DNA of 64,000 bases from Perna viridis (Eukaryota), in NCBI GenBank assembly GCA_037379345.1, contig CM074512.1, positions 44,516,001-44,580,000 on the forward strand. Reading direction: 5' to 3'. Of this stretch, positions 11,183-24,630 are shown in pieces. The notes under the pieces are model-generated. The model was not told the origin of the DNA, ran no database searches, and saw nothing but the letters and a program-made list of their open reading frames with translations. Position numbers and translations under genes: made by a program. Numbering within the stretch: the first letter of the stretch is position 1; the number at the start of each line of letters is the position of its first letter.

Positions 11183-14100
11183 TCATGATTCTTGTAATAG
11201 CACTGTTGTGGCTGAAGAAATGTCATTATTAGACATCTGTAGAGCATGTCTAACTCTGTCCTCACTGAAACCCATGTCTATCAAATGTTGTACCTGGAAA
11301 ATATGAAAGACAATTGATTGACATTCTACTTGTGTAACACATTACTGTATAGCTGTGAAACTGTAGCTTTTAATGTCTTTTTTTTTTATCAGGCAATAGG
11401 TGAAACATGGTATGAAATAAAACCCATCATTTTGATAGTGTAATTTGAGTATTTACACCATCAGAATCAAGGAAAACAGACAAGATTTTCCATATCGTTC
11501 TGGACCATTGAGTTGCAATTTCATTGAAATGCACTGTAAATTAACATTTCAAAGGCAGATAACTCTGTCAAAAACCTCAATTTTCTAAGATTGTATTGAA
11601 AAATTTCTGAGCAAAGCCAGTGATACAGAGATCAAATAATGGTCTTTTCAAATAAATAAAGTACCCTAGAGTGATATCACATTGTCAGATTGGTGGAGTT
11701 TTGACATGCATGTTTCTGATTTTTCCCAGTTTGTCTGATTCTTACAAACAGTTACACTTAAGTGCTAAAGTTCTGCAACTAATTACTGTATTTTACTGTA
11801 TTACATAAATTTTATTTTAATAACATTAGTAACCTGTTTGATGCTGTAGGTTGTTTTGACTGTCCTTAACAATAACAATACATGTCTTTTAGAGTACATT
11901 TTTGTATTTGAAATACATGTATTTCAAACTTATAAGATAGTAATATATTAGTGTTCCATAGAATGCATAACTGGGGAATGAGGTCATCATTGAGTGATTT
12001 CATACTTAATATACTTTTAATATTCCCAAGAAATTCAGATCAGACATTTGCATTTTAAATGAAAGGCTTTCAAGTTTTAAGACTGCTTGAATGAATGTTA
12101 TCAAATTTAACCATGATAGATGTGTTTTTTGAGGTCTAAATTCAGCCTTACTATTGTTTACATTATCAGAATGTATGCAAACAAAACAGACAGACAGAAC
12201 TTGTTACTCTAGAATGGAAAAGGAACACTCTTATACATGTATTTAAAGACTAGAGTCCAGTGGTTTTAAAAATAATTCCAGCAGAAAGTTACGTGTCTGT
12301 GACTGTTCCAACAAAATGGTAGCAATTCACTGGAGGATTCACATGTAAACAAGATATCAACAATGTAGGGTTCTCAAGTAAAAATGCTTTTTAAATAAAT
12401 CTAATTGAAATGAAATCTAATGAAGGAAATTGATAAGGCAGGAAATGAAAGGAATGGTTTCCAGGAAATAACAGAAAAGGTAATAAGATTATTGTGGTAC
12501 CACAGAGCACTGCAGGAAAATTATTTTTTTGTATGGCACATTGTTTTGATCTCAAGCCAAACATACCAATATCCATATGAAAAAGAGGAGAGTTTCAGGG
12601 TCAGAGAAAATTTAGATTAATAGGGGTAGAATGACCCAGTACAAAAAGGCTCTGGGAGAACAAATAATTAACACAAAATGACTCAATACCCACCCAAAAA
12701 ATATGCAAGTTCAAATAATGATACATACAAACACAAAAAGTCAGCTCTATACATACCTGATCTTCTGAAATTTCTATTGGCTGATTTTCTGCATGTTGTC
12801 CTATAAAAAGAAAAACAATATACCAGTTTAAATCTTAAAACAGCATGTGGCTTTCACAATAAAGATAATAATGCAGTTGTAATTGCTAATCTGGGATACA
12901 TTTTCCTTATAAGATTTTTTATTTTTAAGTACTAAATTCCAGGTTTATCACTTAATTCAGCGAAAAGTTTCAATTTGTCTTTCTATAAAATTGTTTAAGA
13001 GGATGAACGATGGAAAGCCTATATTTGGGTTAAAATTTTGAGAGCTTTTGTTACTGTTTTCCATTTTCTGGGAACCTCATGAAAATAATAAAAATTAAAA
13101 CCATTTCCACTTTGTAAAGTACTGTGTCTATAGCACTTTCTACTGTGGTTTCATTTTTATTTGTTTTCATGGTTTACATAAGTAGAGTTGAACCATGAAA
13201 TTAAGATTCCAAGGAACAATAATATCTGTGAATGAATGTTGACTCAATTTAATCTCTGTGTCAGTCAAGTGACATGGGGAAAAAGCCGTAACGATAAAGC
13301 GGTCTACATCCTGTCACCCTAAATTATTTAATTAAACAGACTATCAATTGTTTTAAAGACCCATATGGCCTTGGGGCTACCTGTGTTATGTAATGTCAGT
13401 TAACCAAATGTAAATTGTAAGAGTGACATTCAGTATTCATGGATTTTATTGTCTTTCCACTGATGGCAGTTGCAGTAAAAGTGATGTTGGGTAAACTCTG
13501 GGTTTTACCACTTCCTATTCATCATACAACTAGCCATGGGGCTTTAAGTTTTCATTTGCAAGAATTTAGACTTACCAGAACTTGTACTCATTATCAGGAA
13601 AATTTAAACAAAAGTCTCGACTCCAATACGGATTTATCATACATATTCCATTTGTAATAAAATATCTTGCGCATCAAGGCACTAATGAATTCCAATGCCA
13701 GCGTGGGAAAACATGCGTCCTCAAAACAACTTTTAATAGTTTAAATGCTCTCAATGCTTACAAAATTTTGTTTAAAGTTTTTAACATGAGAAGCATTGCT
13801 TCAGTGATAATTTGCCAGAAATGCAGAGAAATGTGTAATTTTTTTATTTATATTATTGACCCATGACCCACAAATTCAAGTAACCAACAAAATGTCTTTT
13901 TTTAATGAAAATTGATACCTACAAAAATAAATGAAACCACAGTACTTCTATGTCTTAAACCATTTCAATCATTTCTTGTTATAAAGTAGTGCATTTAAAA
14001 CACTACCATATTTTCCGGACTATAAGTAGAGTGTAGTGTAAGTCAAATTGCCTAATTTTGACCAATATCGATGAAAAAACATATATAAGCTGAATTCAGC

Positions 14101-17100
14101 AGACAAGTCGAGGGTCAGACTTGTGCATTTTTATTGCACATGTCAGCAGAGATCCGAGTTGAGCAGTTTGTTTTCAACAGCATATTATTCCAGCGATGTT
14201 ACTAAGTATCAGATTTCTGAATTAAATAAATATCTGTGTTTTTGTTCAAGTGTACTTTGTCACTGAGTTCAATCATTTTTATTGAAAGGCGTGCCAATGG
14301 CTCTCTGAAGCCATAGATCATCAGGAGTACAAAACCGTAAACATGTCAAATGTGGGCGGCCATGTGTGAAATAAGCGGGAAATTCATTTGATTTGATGAA
14401 CTGGTCATTTTTATGAGCAGTAAACAATATTACCTGGTATTACCAAATACAATAAAAAATAATTGTAAACTGCAAATTTGATTGCAATTAGTCATTTAGA
14501 TAACACTTTAACTAATTATAATTTGAGCCATGTGTGAATGTGTTACGACATACCGTAAATGGGAATAAACTTTGCATATTAAAGGACCGATAACTCCAAA
14601 TCACTCTATGATGTTTTCCAAGTTAAAAAAAAAGAGTTTTGTTAATGTATCTTCTAGAGTTTATTTATATATTTTAATGGTTTCAAAGTTTCAGAGTTTT
14701 TTATTAACATCATCGTTATCATTCATAAAGGATAGCAGCAATGATCAATAATTTTCAAATTCAATCGCTGGTTTGATTGTTTCAGTGACAGCTTTCATTG
14801 ATTGCAGTTTACCAAAAATTTTGAATTAAAGCAATCAAAAGTGAAGTGAACAAATCTAATGAAATGCATTGTTGACGAACATATTTCTTGAAAAATTCTT
14901 AGATAAGTCGAAATGGACGATAAGTCGAGGCTGAAAATTTGCTGAAAAAAAATATCTACTTATACGGTGCTTACTTCTCTGTCTTAAACCAAATAATCCT
15001 TGATTTTCATCAGGGCCATTTCCAAACAGTCCTTCATTATCCAATGGACCATTTCCAAACAATCCATGGTTCTCTACAGCACCATTCCCTAACTGTCCAT
15101 TATTTAATACATTTCCAAATATTCCAGGAATATTGTTTTGCTACAATAAAAGGTTCCAATCTTTAAGGTTTATGCATATATAAGGTAAGTAGAAAAAGTA
15201 AACAGACCTTAAAACATAACCATTAATCATCAAAGGATTGTGAAAATTTTACAGGAATAAGTAAATGCAAATCAAATTCAAAAAGGATCTGGCGGTTCAA
15301 TGTAAGTGTACTTGTAAAAGAGAATATATCTTAGGTGTCAGTCTCTGTAAGAACCAGGCGGTATGAAACATGGTATGAAAAAAAAAAAAAACATTTTGAA
15401 AGTTTAATTTGACTATTTGCACCATCAGAATCAAGGAAATAGGAGAAGATTTTCCATATCATGTTGGTAAATTGAGTTTAATTTCATTGAAATGCACTAA
15501 AAATGAACATTTCATACATGACAGTTTTTATAACAGTGTAAATTCCAAATACATATGGTAAACAAACACTGCTACCATTGATTCAACAAATTGGAGCCAA
15601 TTAAAGGCATAAAACAGTAAATCTGTTTAATTCTATTTTTTTTTACACCGTATATATATTCAAAATAACAATTTTGAAAGAATACGGTCATCAATAGCAC
15701 CTTTACTTGGAATATTAAAATTGACAACATTATCGTGTGAATGCCCTCATATGTAATGTTAATTTTGGGGTCTCAATTTTANNNNNNNNNNNNNNNNNNN
15801 NNNNNNNNNNNNNNNNNNNNNNNNNNNNNNNNNNNNNNNNNNNNNNNNNNNNNNNNNNNNNNNNNNNNNNNNNNNNNNNNNNNNNNNNNNNNNNNNNNNN
15901 NNNNNNNNNNNTTCAGATAGTTTGGGATTGGAATTCTAAGAATTAAACACTGTTTTTTTTTCAGAACTTATGGATGTGTAAAATCATACCATTCATTCAC
16001 AAAAGTCCTTTGTTTTGTGAGTAAATGGTCCTATTTTACACATCTATAAATTCTTGAAAACAGTGTTAGATCCTATATCATACACATACAACCATTGAAT
16101 CATTGATAAACTTATCCAAACACACAGACTGAAATATATATTGCCCAAACCCTGTCTTTTTTGCAGGGCATGAAAAATCTGAGATCCCTACCTGCCCTCT
16201 ATTGAAATTAAACCATCCATTTTGCTGTGGTCTTTGTTGGAATGACTGCCATATCATTTGTTGTTCAAGTAATTCCATCTGTTCTTGCCTCTGAATTTCT
16301 CTTGTAGCTCCAATTGGCTTGTTTAAGTCTTTAGGAGGATTACTGTCCAATACTTTTTGCACTGTACATCCAAATAGTTTGGCAATAAATTTGGGAATCA
16401 TTATGCTCTGTACTTTCAGAAAATTAATCTTCCATAATATTCCGGATACCTGCATGTAGTAAGAAATGTGAATTACATGATTATTGATAATGCATATATA
16501 CATGTAAAAGAATTTCAAAATACATCAAATAAGTAAGTTTCTACAAGGGTTATAGATGGAGTACTAGAACAACAAATGATATGGCAGTCATTCCATCAAT
16601 GACCACAGAAAGAATGGCTGGTTTAATTTCAACAGAGGTCAGATATTTCATACTACATGCATGGTATATTAAGAAGTTCCAAACCAATGGTTTGGTGTGA
16701 ATTTGCAAAAATTACTTGATAAAAAAAAAACATAACTCCTAAACATTTCCCATAATAGTAGGTTTGTATTGTTAAAATATGAAATAGCTGGAGCAACCAG
16801 AAAAAGTATGGAATAAATATTAGAAAGCACAATCATACTGAATGTTGCAGCTACATGTATATACAAGTTATGCATTCTTTTAGATACATTTGAATTCTGT
16901 TTATAACAATCTTATACTGATGGTGTAAATGATGTAAGCTATTTCGGTTGCAGTAGAATAACAACTTCCTGTATGAGTGGGGATATAGCTAGCACAATAA
17001 TGTGTGCATTATCATATTACATTTGATGTCTGCTTATAACATTATCCACAAAATCTGTCTCTTTATGATGAGTATATACAGCTTTAGTAGATACAATGTT

Positions 17101-20100
17101 TTAAAAATCAGATGTCCCTTTTTATGGAATGAGAGTATTTCAAAGTAGTCTGTAATTTTTTTGTGAGGGCCAAATTTCACAATTTACTGTATGAATTGGT
17201 ATTCATTTTGCAATTGTTATTTTTTCATGTCTTCAAATCTAATGAATATAAATTATATGTAAAATATCTGGACTTAAATTTGGCAAACTTGAATTTTCAT
17301 GATTCCCTAAACCTTGCAAATATAGCAAAAATTAGAAACACACAATTATTTTCCGCATTGGGTAATAGTTTCAAGTCTTTAGTCTAATAATCAAGTGTGC
17401 AGGTGTTTTCTTCTCCAAAAGTAACTTTGTCACTTGATTTATACTCACAAGGCCACATAGACCAACAAGTATTGATTCTTTAGAACTACTAGCAATCTAA
17501 AAGAAAACATTTAAGTCTTCAGTAGTGGTGGATTTATATGGATAAATAATATGAAAGGAAAAAATTAGAAATAAGATTTACTGGTATATATTGTACATTT
17601 GTACTTGTTAAAATATGAAGTTTTGTTCAATATTCAAACTGTTTCAATAAGTCTTCAAAGAATTCATTATATCAATATAATGCATAAGAAGATGGGTGCA
17701 ATATTCATTTCTATTTACATGTATAGCAAAATGATTATTGCATTTATATTGATAAATGTTATCCTTCACAAAGTCTCATATTGCACTTGCAAGCTTGTGC
17801 TATGAAATATCTGCTTGGGACAATATTGACAAATATAAATGCAAAACCCATATAATATTCATCACTGATTCCATATTTCACTCATGCAATCTTCTCAATA
17901 TAATTTTCACCAATATACATCAAATAACCCTACATGCTTTATTATTAGTATAAAATTAAATAATCCTATCACCTAGTTGTGTAAACTTTATGTTTAGATT
18001 TACTTGGTGTAAAGTATAAAGTCAAAGGACCTGAGCTAAAAAAAAGCACCCAAATCACTATGCTTTTGAGATAAAATTCCAACATCTTAATTAAAAAAAA
18101 CAGTTCAACATAAAAAATAAACCTGAGGCATGAAAGGCTGATTGATTAATATTCATAACTCTAATTTTTTGTAAAAAAAATGCGGGATGACATAGTCTAT
18201 ACTAACCTGAAGGCCAAGAATATAATGAAATGACTTTCCTGTCATTGGTATCCCAAAGACATGTCCAAATACCACTCGGGGAACTTCAAAATAGTATGGT
18301 ATGAATAAAGGGTACAACAAACAAAGCCTGTAAATTAGAAAATAAATCATGGTCTTAGTTTGTTTTTTCTGTAACATGACATTACATGAGCAGTAAAGTC
18401 CTTGACTACTTGATAAGCTTTTAAGGTTCATCATCACCTTCTGACAAATTTTGGCTTTATTTAGTATATACTTAGTATTCCAGCACAATTTTCCCTTTGA
18501 AGACAGACAAACATGCTCACATGTGTATAATGTAAAGAATGGCAAGACCGATATACTTGAAATTAAAAAACACCAGAAAACAAAAATAAAATCACAATTT
18601 GTAGTTTTTTAAATATGAAATCAACAGGTTTTTTTTTCAAGTGGATCAATACTGTCAACCATCTATTGATTGTGCCATTAGTAATGTACATGCATGCTAT
18701 TAGTGTATGAAGTAGTTCCATAATTAGGGGGCGTGGCTAAAATACCAAGTTAGGTTATATAAAATGGACAATGCTGATATTTTAAATATTAAAATTGTAA
18801 CTTGATTTGGCTCTTTGCTTTTTATCAGTTCCACAGAGAGTGCCAAAATAAACTAAGTTGAAATAATATTTTGTGATGTTCCCAATACATGTATATTAAA
18901 GGTGAATATTTTCAAACTGAAGTGCAGGTCAACAGGGTTTGTTTGTTGGGGTTTAACGTCCGAGCAGCAATATTTCAGCTATATTCAGACAATGAACATG
19001 AAATTGATGATAAAATGAACATGAAATGATGATGAAATGAAAAAGGGATGGGACACAAGGACAATGGGGTCGACAAATTTTGATTGCCACTGGAAATAGG
19101 GAGAGGTGGGTAGGGTCGGGCAATTTAGCCTCCTGTGTCGGAGCCCTATGGTTCCTACTCCGGGAGAATACCACAGTAGGGTTCTTTAACGTTCGAGGAA
19201 CGTGGCATCTTTCCCAACACGGTGCACCACTATGGTTTGTGGTCAGGTTTTCCGTATTATAACCTGATAACCCCAGCATGTAACACGCCAGGGGTACCCC
19301 ATTCCACCACCTGGGGCACACAACCCAGTTGCTCTGTGGGCAGAGCGCCCTAGCCGGTTCTGAGTACTATTTAGTCGCCTCTTACAACAAGCTTAGCGCT
19401 GCTGCAGGCCTATTCTTTTAACACCTGGACCTGCATGGGGCCAGGTCAACAGGGCAAGTCACCTTTACGCAATAGGTGATTTAAACTGGGTAAATGAGTG
19501 GACTGTATCAAGTGAATCTTGGGTGTTTATTTATTTCATCATCTTATGCAGAATTGATGGAATCAACACAGCAAAAGTCAGGTCAGTCCTTCATTTAATT
19601 TTGCATAAAATTAACGTATTTCCCTCATATCTAGGGCTATTCCTTACCATTTTTCTAGATACACAGATTTGTCTGTAGTCAGAGGGAGACTTGTGTTGAA
19701 ATTGAGCCCATATTTGTCAAAGTTAATAATGTACCTTAACATAATAGTTAATTCAAGACCAATACTTAAGTAGTATTCCACTTAAGAATCATGCAAAATA
19801 TGATTCATGGTCGGAAAGCCTACACATTTTTCTTTTTTATATTAGTTTAAAATGCCATAATAAACAGAAATAAACATGTGGCTTTTCATTTGACCCTTGT
19901 TCTTATGAAAATTATATAGAATGTACTATGGAATTCAAAATTATGGTAGATAACCCTGTAAATGACAATAAAATACAATAGAAACTATTGGTTTTCAATG
20001 TGGATTATCTCCTCAGGGCAGACAAATAGGAATGAATAACTGTACATTTCGTCATGTTGACCTATAAAATAACTTAAGTACAAAAATAAAAATGTGTAGC

Positions 20101-23100
20101 CTTTTTTGGAGGTATCACTTACAAAGACTGCAATCAGAACTACTCTGGCATTTCCGCTACACTAAAAAATAACCTCGGATGCAGAAAGAAGAATTTCTTC
20201 TTGAAAAAATTGCCAGAATTGTAGTCAAACACGACTCAATGTGGTTCTATTCACCAGGTGGCGCTAAAAAATTTGGTTAGATATCTCTAGAAATAAAGAA
20301 CAATAACTCTGTCAAGAATTTTGGCCTGAAGCGAGGAGCTAGGGAAAAAAGTAATGGTAAAAAATTCAACCAGTAAAACCAGACAGATTCTTTCCCCTAG
20401 TGCTTCCAAGGTTTTTCTTTTGTGTAACTACAAAGGCAGAAGAGTTCCGATTGACAACAACTGCTACTTAAATCAGTATTAAGATTTACATGCCAAAATG
20501 TTAGTACAACTTCTAAAATTATAGACAGATGTTGAAGAATGGATTTTTTTAAGATAGCCAAAGAACTTTCTAGAGGAAAAAAAAAACCAACTAAAATGAA
20601 ATAAATAAATTTTGTAAAAGTGTACATAGTATCCAATCTGATTAAAATCAGCTGTTATGAAACGCTACACTGCCTTACGTTAGACAGCGTAAGGCAGAGT
20701 AACATATCATAACATCAGATTTTAATCAGATTGGTAAGTATCAGTCAGGCAGTTCATGTCCTTAAGTTATTGTCGGGTCATCATCAGTGCTTTCTTCTGG
20801 TCTCATTTTGGCCCCTTATTTCTGAAGTCACAACCCATGAATATTGATCCCAGCCTTCCCTGTTTGGTTTTTAAATTTATTATCAAAATAAGCAAACAGA
20901 TATACACAATACTTACGGCCCTGAAGGAAAAGGCTGTAGCTTAATCTCCAGGTGTTGAAATAAATACATCACAGATACTTCTAAGGCTGTTGACATTATG
21001 GCTGTTGTTAATAAATAGGACTGCAAAGAGACACATCAATTAACTATTAAGGCCTAAAGTGCATTTTTAAGCTGATTTACCAGACCTAATAGCTATGCAC
21101 CATTAAAGTGAAGGGTGAGATTTGTGTACCACAATTAACAATCAATTTTGATAATGTAATCATTTTAAAAGAAGTTTCCAAACCCTATTCGCTGTGATAC
21201 AAGATAGCACAAGTAGAGGTCTAAATACAAGTTATTATTAATCCAACAGTAAAGGAAACTCAAACTTCTTATTTGAGGTCCCCTAATATGCTTTTCCAGG
21301 GCTACAAATATTCAAAACTCTATAGAGCTGAACATTTCAAATTTGTGTTTGGAAATTTATTTCTGGTAATATTGCAGCTTTTCATCCTTGTCATTACGTT
21401 TCAATCTAATGCTGTGGTTCACACTTGATTTAAATTATTGTTTAGATCAAAAAGAAATGATGATGATCATTGAAAATTTGTAAACTGCATGGGTTTTTCA
21501 ATTTGAAAGTTAAGACTAAATATTCAAATTTGAATTGAACACTATAAAATTAAACATGATTTGCAATGAAGAAATTGTTTAGATTTCCTATAATGCATTG
21601 ACTGCTTCTATTAATGTGCATGTTTATATGCAGAAAGATATATCTAAAGGGCATCCAGATAATAGGTCAGTTGTGTTCCTAACAAATCAGTTTTGCCTGG
21701 GTGTGTGCAAAGTAGTAAAAAAATATTGGATACTAGCAGCAACAGAAATTAGATGATACTATGTGTACTTACAATAAACTTTCTTGAACCATACCGCCTT
21801 TCAAATATTCGAAAGTAATATATCAAAATAGAACAACAACACATGTCTTTCAGATCTAGGTATACAAGCTTTGATAGAAATATCCTCCATAACTGAAAAA
21901 AAAACATTACTCTTAGATTGTTTTTACTACATATGATCAGAAACTACAGCAAGTGCATGTTTTTGCAAATAGATAGCCTCTTGTTATAATTGTTAGAGGT
22001 TTATTTAAAAAATCAGAATTTCACTGTAAAATTCTTGGATTCATAAAAATGTTTAACAAAAATATCAACTACAAGATGAAGCACAAAGCTAATGATCAGA
22101 CAAGTATTAAGTCTTCAAACTTTGTGACTGAAATGACAGGCTGTAGTAATTCACTGGTTGCAAATAAAGCAAATTATCAAAATAATGAATATCATCCAAC
22201 TAAAAGTGACAAATTCAACGGAATTCCAGAATACTCTGGTTCAGATCACACTGGTTTTACTGTAGTTATTTTGAATGTGCTTTCACAGAATTTTTTTTTT
22301 TTACATTTTTCCATCGTCCCTACTGCCTGATATTTTTCCAATAACAATGTTAAGAAAAAAACAAAAGTGAGGCTTACACTGTGTAAATATACAAGTATGT
22401 ATTAAATGTCAACTTTAAATACACCAAAAGCACATTGCTTCTTCTTAAGGTAACTTTTATAACTTCTGTCTTAATCAAAACCGTTGTTTTTCTGTGTTTT
22501 TTTTTTTTTTTTAGTCTTACAAATTAGTTACTATGTGTACCTGTTGTTTTTCTACAATAAGATGTGGACTGTACCAAAAATAGTGTCTGTACTGTTGAAA
22601 TGGAAAATTTAATGCGAAAGATGATAGAAGTGTAGCTGTAAGTAAACCTTTACTGGAAGGTGCTTTGTCTGAAAAAAAAGAAGGACAGTTCAATAACTAA
22701 ATCACAAATTTATCTCTATACTAATGCATGTAACATGTTGGCACTGATGAATAATTCATACGGGAGAACTTGGTGAACTCTTCCTAAAATTGGGGAAAAA
22801 ACCCATTTTTTTAGCATGAAATCTTGATTTTCCACAGATTCTACCCCCAAAAAATTTCTTGTTACACATTGTTTGGCCTTTAATTCTATTTACTGGGTAT
22901 ACCCCTCTAACGTCAAAGCCTTGATCTGCCCAGTTGTGCTTTAAAAGTTAAGGATATTTAAGATATAATTGTAAACTATACATGCATAACTGCGAAGGAA
23001 TCAGACATGCAAGTCCTAACAACCTGTAATGGTAATTTTTGCAAATGTAAGTTAAGTAACCTATGACCTTTGAATGATAGAATGATTGCAGTCTGATAGG

Positions 23101-24393
23101 AATTTTGATTTTAAAATTCAAAGTTTTTTAAATGTTTGACTGTCAAAAAAAAAGCATTAAGAAAAATATCTACAATCAACCAAATTGATCTGGAAAAACA
23201 GGTTTTGATCATTGGTATCCCATATGAACCTCATAAAATTTTGAAACATAGCTTATATGTGTCAGGGAATTTTCAAAGGGTATGATTGCATAAGTGTTGA
23301 AATTCTACTTATTTGTTATGTCATATAGTGTTTTTACTATGTATTGTAAAATTTGTATATTGTTTGTATTAAATAAAGTAAAAGTAGAACTAAAACAGCA
23401 TTAGAAATTTGAAAGAAACTATATCAGAAGTGCACATAATTATTGATCTTTGACTGATTTTGTCATGATTTGGTCCAGTTTTAGGACTTGATTTGAGTAG
23501 ATTCAGGGAAGATGTAATGGGGACAACTTATTTGTTTTATTTTTGGTCAATCATTTTCACATAGTTGTGCTTGGTATTTAATTGAATTTCACAAAGCATT
23601 TATACCCAGATATGATTAAATGACTATATTTGTTTATAGACTGAACACTGATTATGATTCATAGGTGCCTGGTTCACTTCAGTGTTGTATATCTCATTCC
23701 ATAAATGAACAATGTAAGTGATATGCTGAAGAAATTCAGAACCTTAATGTTTTTTCATTTCTATACAGACATGATGACATTCACTGATAATTCTAATATT
23801 CAGTTTACAAGCAACAATTACTTGTGTGACTGTTCTTTAAAAAAAAAAACACAAATACTGTTTCTCCAAGTAACAACAGTAAATACCTCCAAGTTTTTTT
23901 TTTTTGCAGCATAATGTTGTGACTTAGATCGATTGGACCCTTGGATATGGTTGATGGAAATTCATGAGCAAATATAAAACATTTTTCCTTAAGTTATTTC
24001 GTGAGTACAAGTTCAACTACAACATGTACTTCATATCACCATTAAACTACTTCAAATCAACTATACATGTTGGGAAGCATTTAGAAATAAGTTACTGAAT
24101 TCACGCAAAATCAAGGCTGTTATCTTCCCCTAGTTAAGGTGGCTATGATAATGCCACCCCTAGGACTACTCCTGTTTAAGTCGAACGAGTTCCATTGGTG
24201 TACATGTACATGATAAAGCATTAACTTAGGTACATGTAGTACAACTACAAATGTGTAGTTCTGTGACTCTGAATTAAACAACTGCCACAGGCAGTTTGTT
24301 ACAACGTGACTGTATGGATTAATCAAGGATAAATATATTTAAAAAATCAACAGATAACTTACAAAAACCAGTTGTGCCATGCAACGGGCCCAT
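11183..24393 (-). CDS. UBAC2: Ubiquitin-associated domain-containing protein 2 (rhomboid-like pseudoprotease with C-terminal UBA); 10 exons, ~376 aa
   Basis: Exons with GT-AG boundaries and consistent phases, total 1131 nt: 24363-24393 (MGPLHGTTGF), 22541-22668 (YKAPSSKGLL...), 21773-21892 (LWRIFLSKLVYLDLKDMCCCSILIYYFRIFERRYGSRKFI), 20917-21020, 18207-18327 (...YILGLQ), 17449-17496, 16192-16449 (GATREIQRQEQMELLEQQM), 14975-15140, 12757-12800, 11183-11293 (UBA: VQHLIDMGFSEDRVRHALQMSNNDISSATTVLLQES*). The rhomboid WR motif, FRIFERRYGSRKF and the UBA MGF loop match recalled UBAC2 motifs. Confidence 0.94.
13141..13944. mobile_element. Tc1/mariner-type non-autonomous element (MITE)
   Basis: TIRs TACTGTGGTTTCATTT / AAATGAAACCACAGTA with TA ends. 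Confidence 0.7.
14004..14968. mobile_element. Decayed Tc1/mariner (pogo/Tc2-like) non-autonomous element abutting the UBAC2 exon 8 donor
   Basis: Left end TACCATATTTTCCGGACTATAAG; right end ...CTACTTATACGGT with subterminal ATAAGTCGA repeats. Confidence 0.5.
15782..15911. other. Assembly gap (130 N) in UBAC2 intron 7
   Basis: Run of N. The flanking exons join in phase, so no exon needs to be missing. Confidence 0.99.
16554..16645 (+). repeat. Inverted duplicate of the 3' end of UBAC2 exon 7 and its donor (16189-16280)
   Basis: ~92 nt with about 11 differences, including a 29-nt perfect block GAACAACAAATGATATGGCAGTCATTCCA. Confidence 0.9.
18938..19441 (-). mobile_element. Non-autonomous retroposon (SINE-like), full-length copy, in UBAC2 intron 4
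   Basis: 13-bp TSD CAGGTCAACAGGG (18925-18937 and 19442-19454). 3' tail ATATAGCTGAAATATTGCTG...GTTAAACCCC(AAAC)n. Near-identical to 28153-28543. Confidence 0.9.
20633..20734. mobile_element. Palindromic hairpin MITE
   Basis: CCAATCTGATTAAAATC...CTGCCTTACG-ttagacag-CGTAAGGCAG...GATTTTAATCAGATTGG. Confidence 0.75.
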
Positions 24394-24630
24394 TTTGCTA
24401 AACTCTGGTGGATTCTAATGAGATGAAATTTTTCGTAGAAGACAATGAAAAGGTTGGAGAAAATCGAAAAACACATACAATCATGTTTGTATAAGCGCTT
24501 GACATAAAGTAAATCTTACATATACAAGATGACTCTTATTGACACTGATTAGGGTCAGTAACTAGGACAATGTTTCAAAATAAATATGTCTTTATTGCTT
24601 TATTTACAGTTGCATTTGATAATGGTAAGT
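24394..24630. promoter_or_regulatory. Probable UBAC2 5'UTR/promoter, possibly bidirectional and shared with the tetraspanin gene
   Basis: Immediately upstream of the UBAC2 ATG. A strong plus-strand donor (ATG|GTAAGT, GT at 24625-24626) could splice to the tetraspanin acceptor at 27178. Positional inference only. Confidence 0.35.

Noticed and set aside
18953-19321. ORFs MCPRWWNGVPLAC... (also 28281-28496 and 28231-28455)
   Set aside because: Incidental frames inside the TSD-flanked retroposon; the two copies differ by an internal deletion.
11294-24362. Nested GPCR genes in UBAC2 introns, as in vertebrates (GPR18/GPR183)
   Set aside because: No long intronic ORF on either strand.
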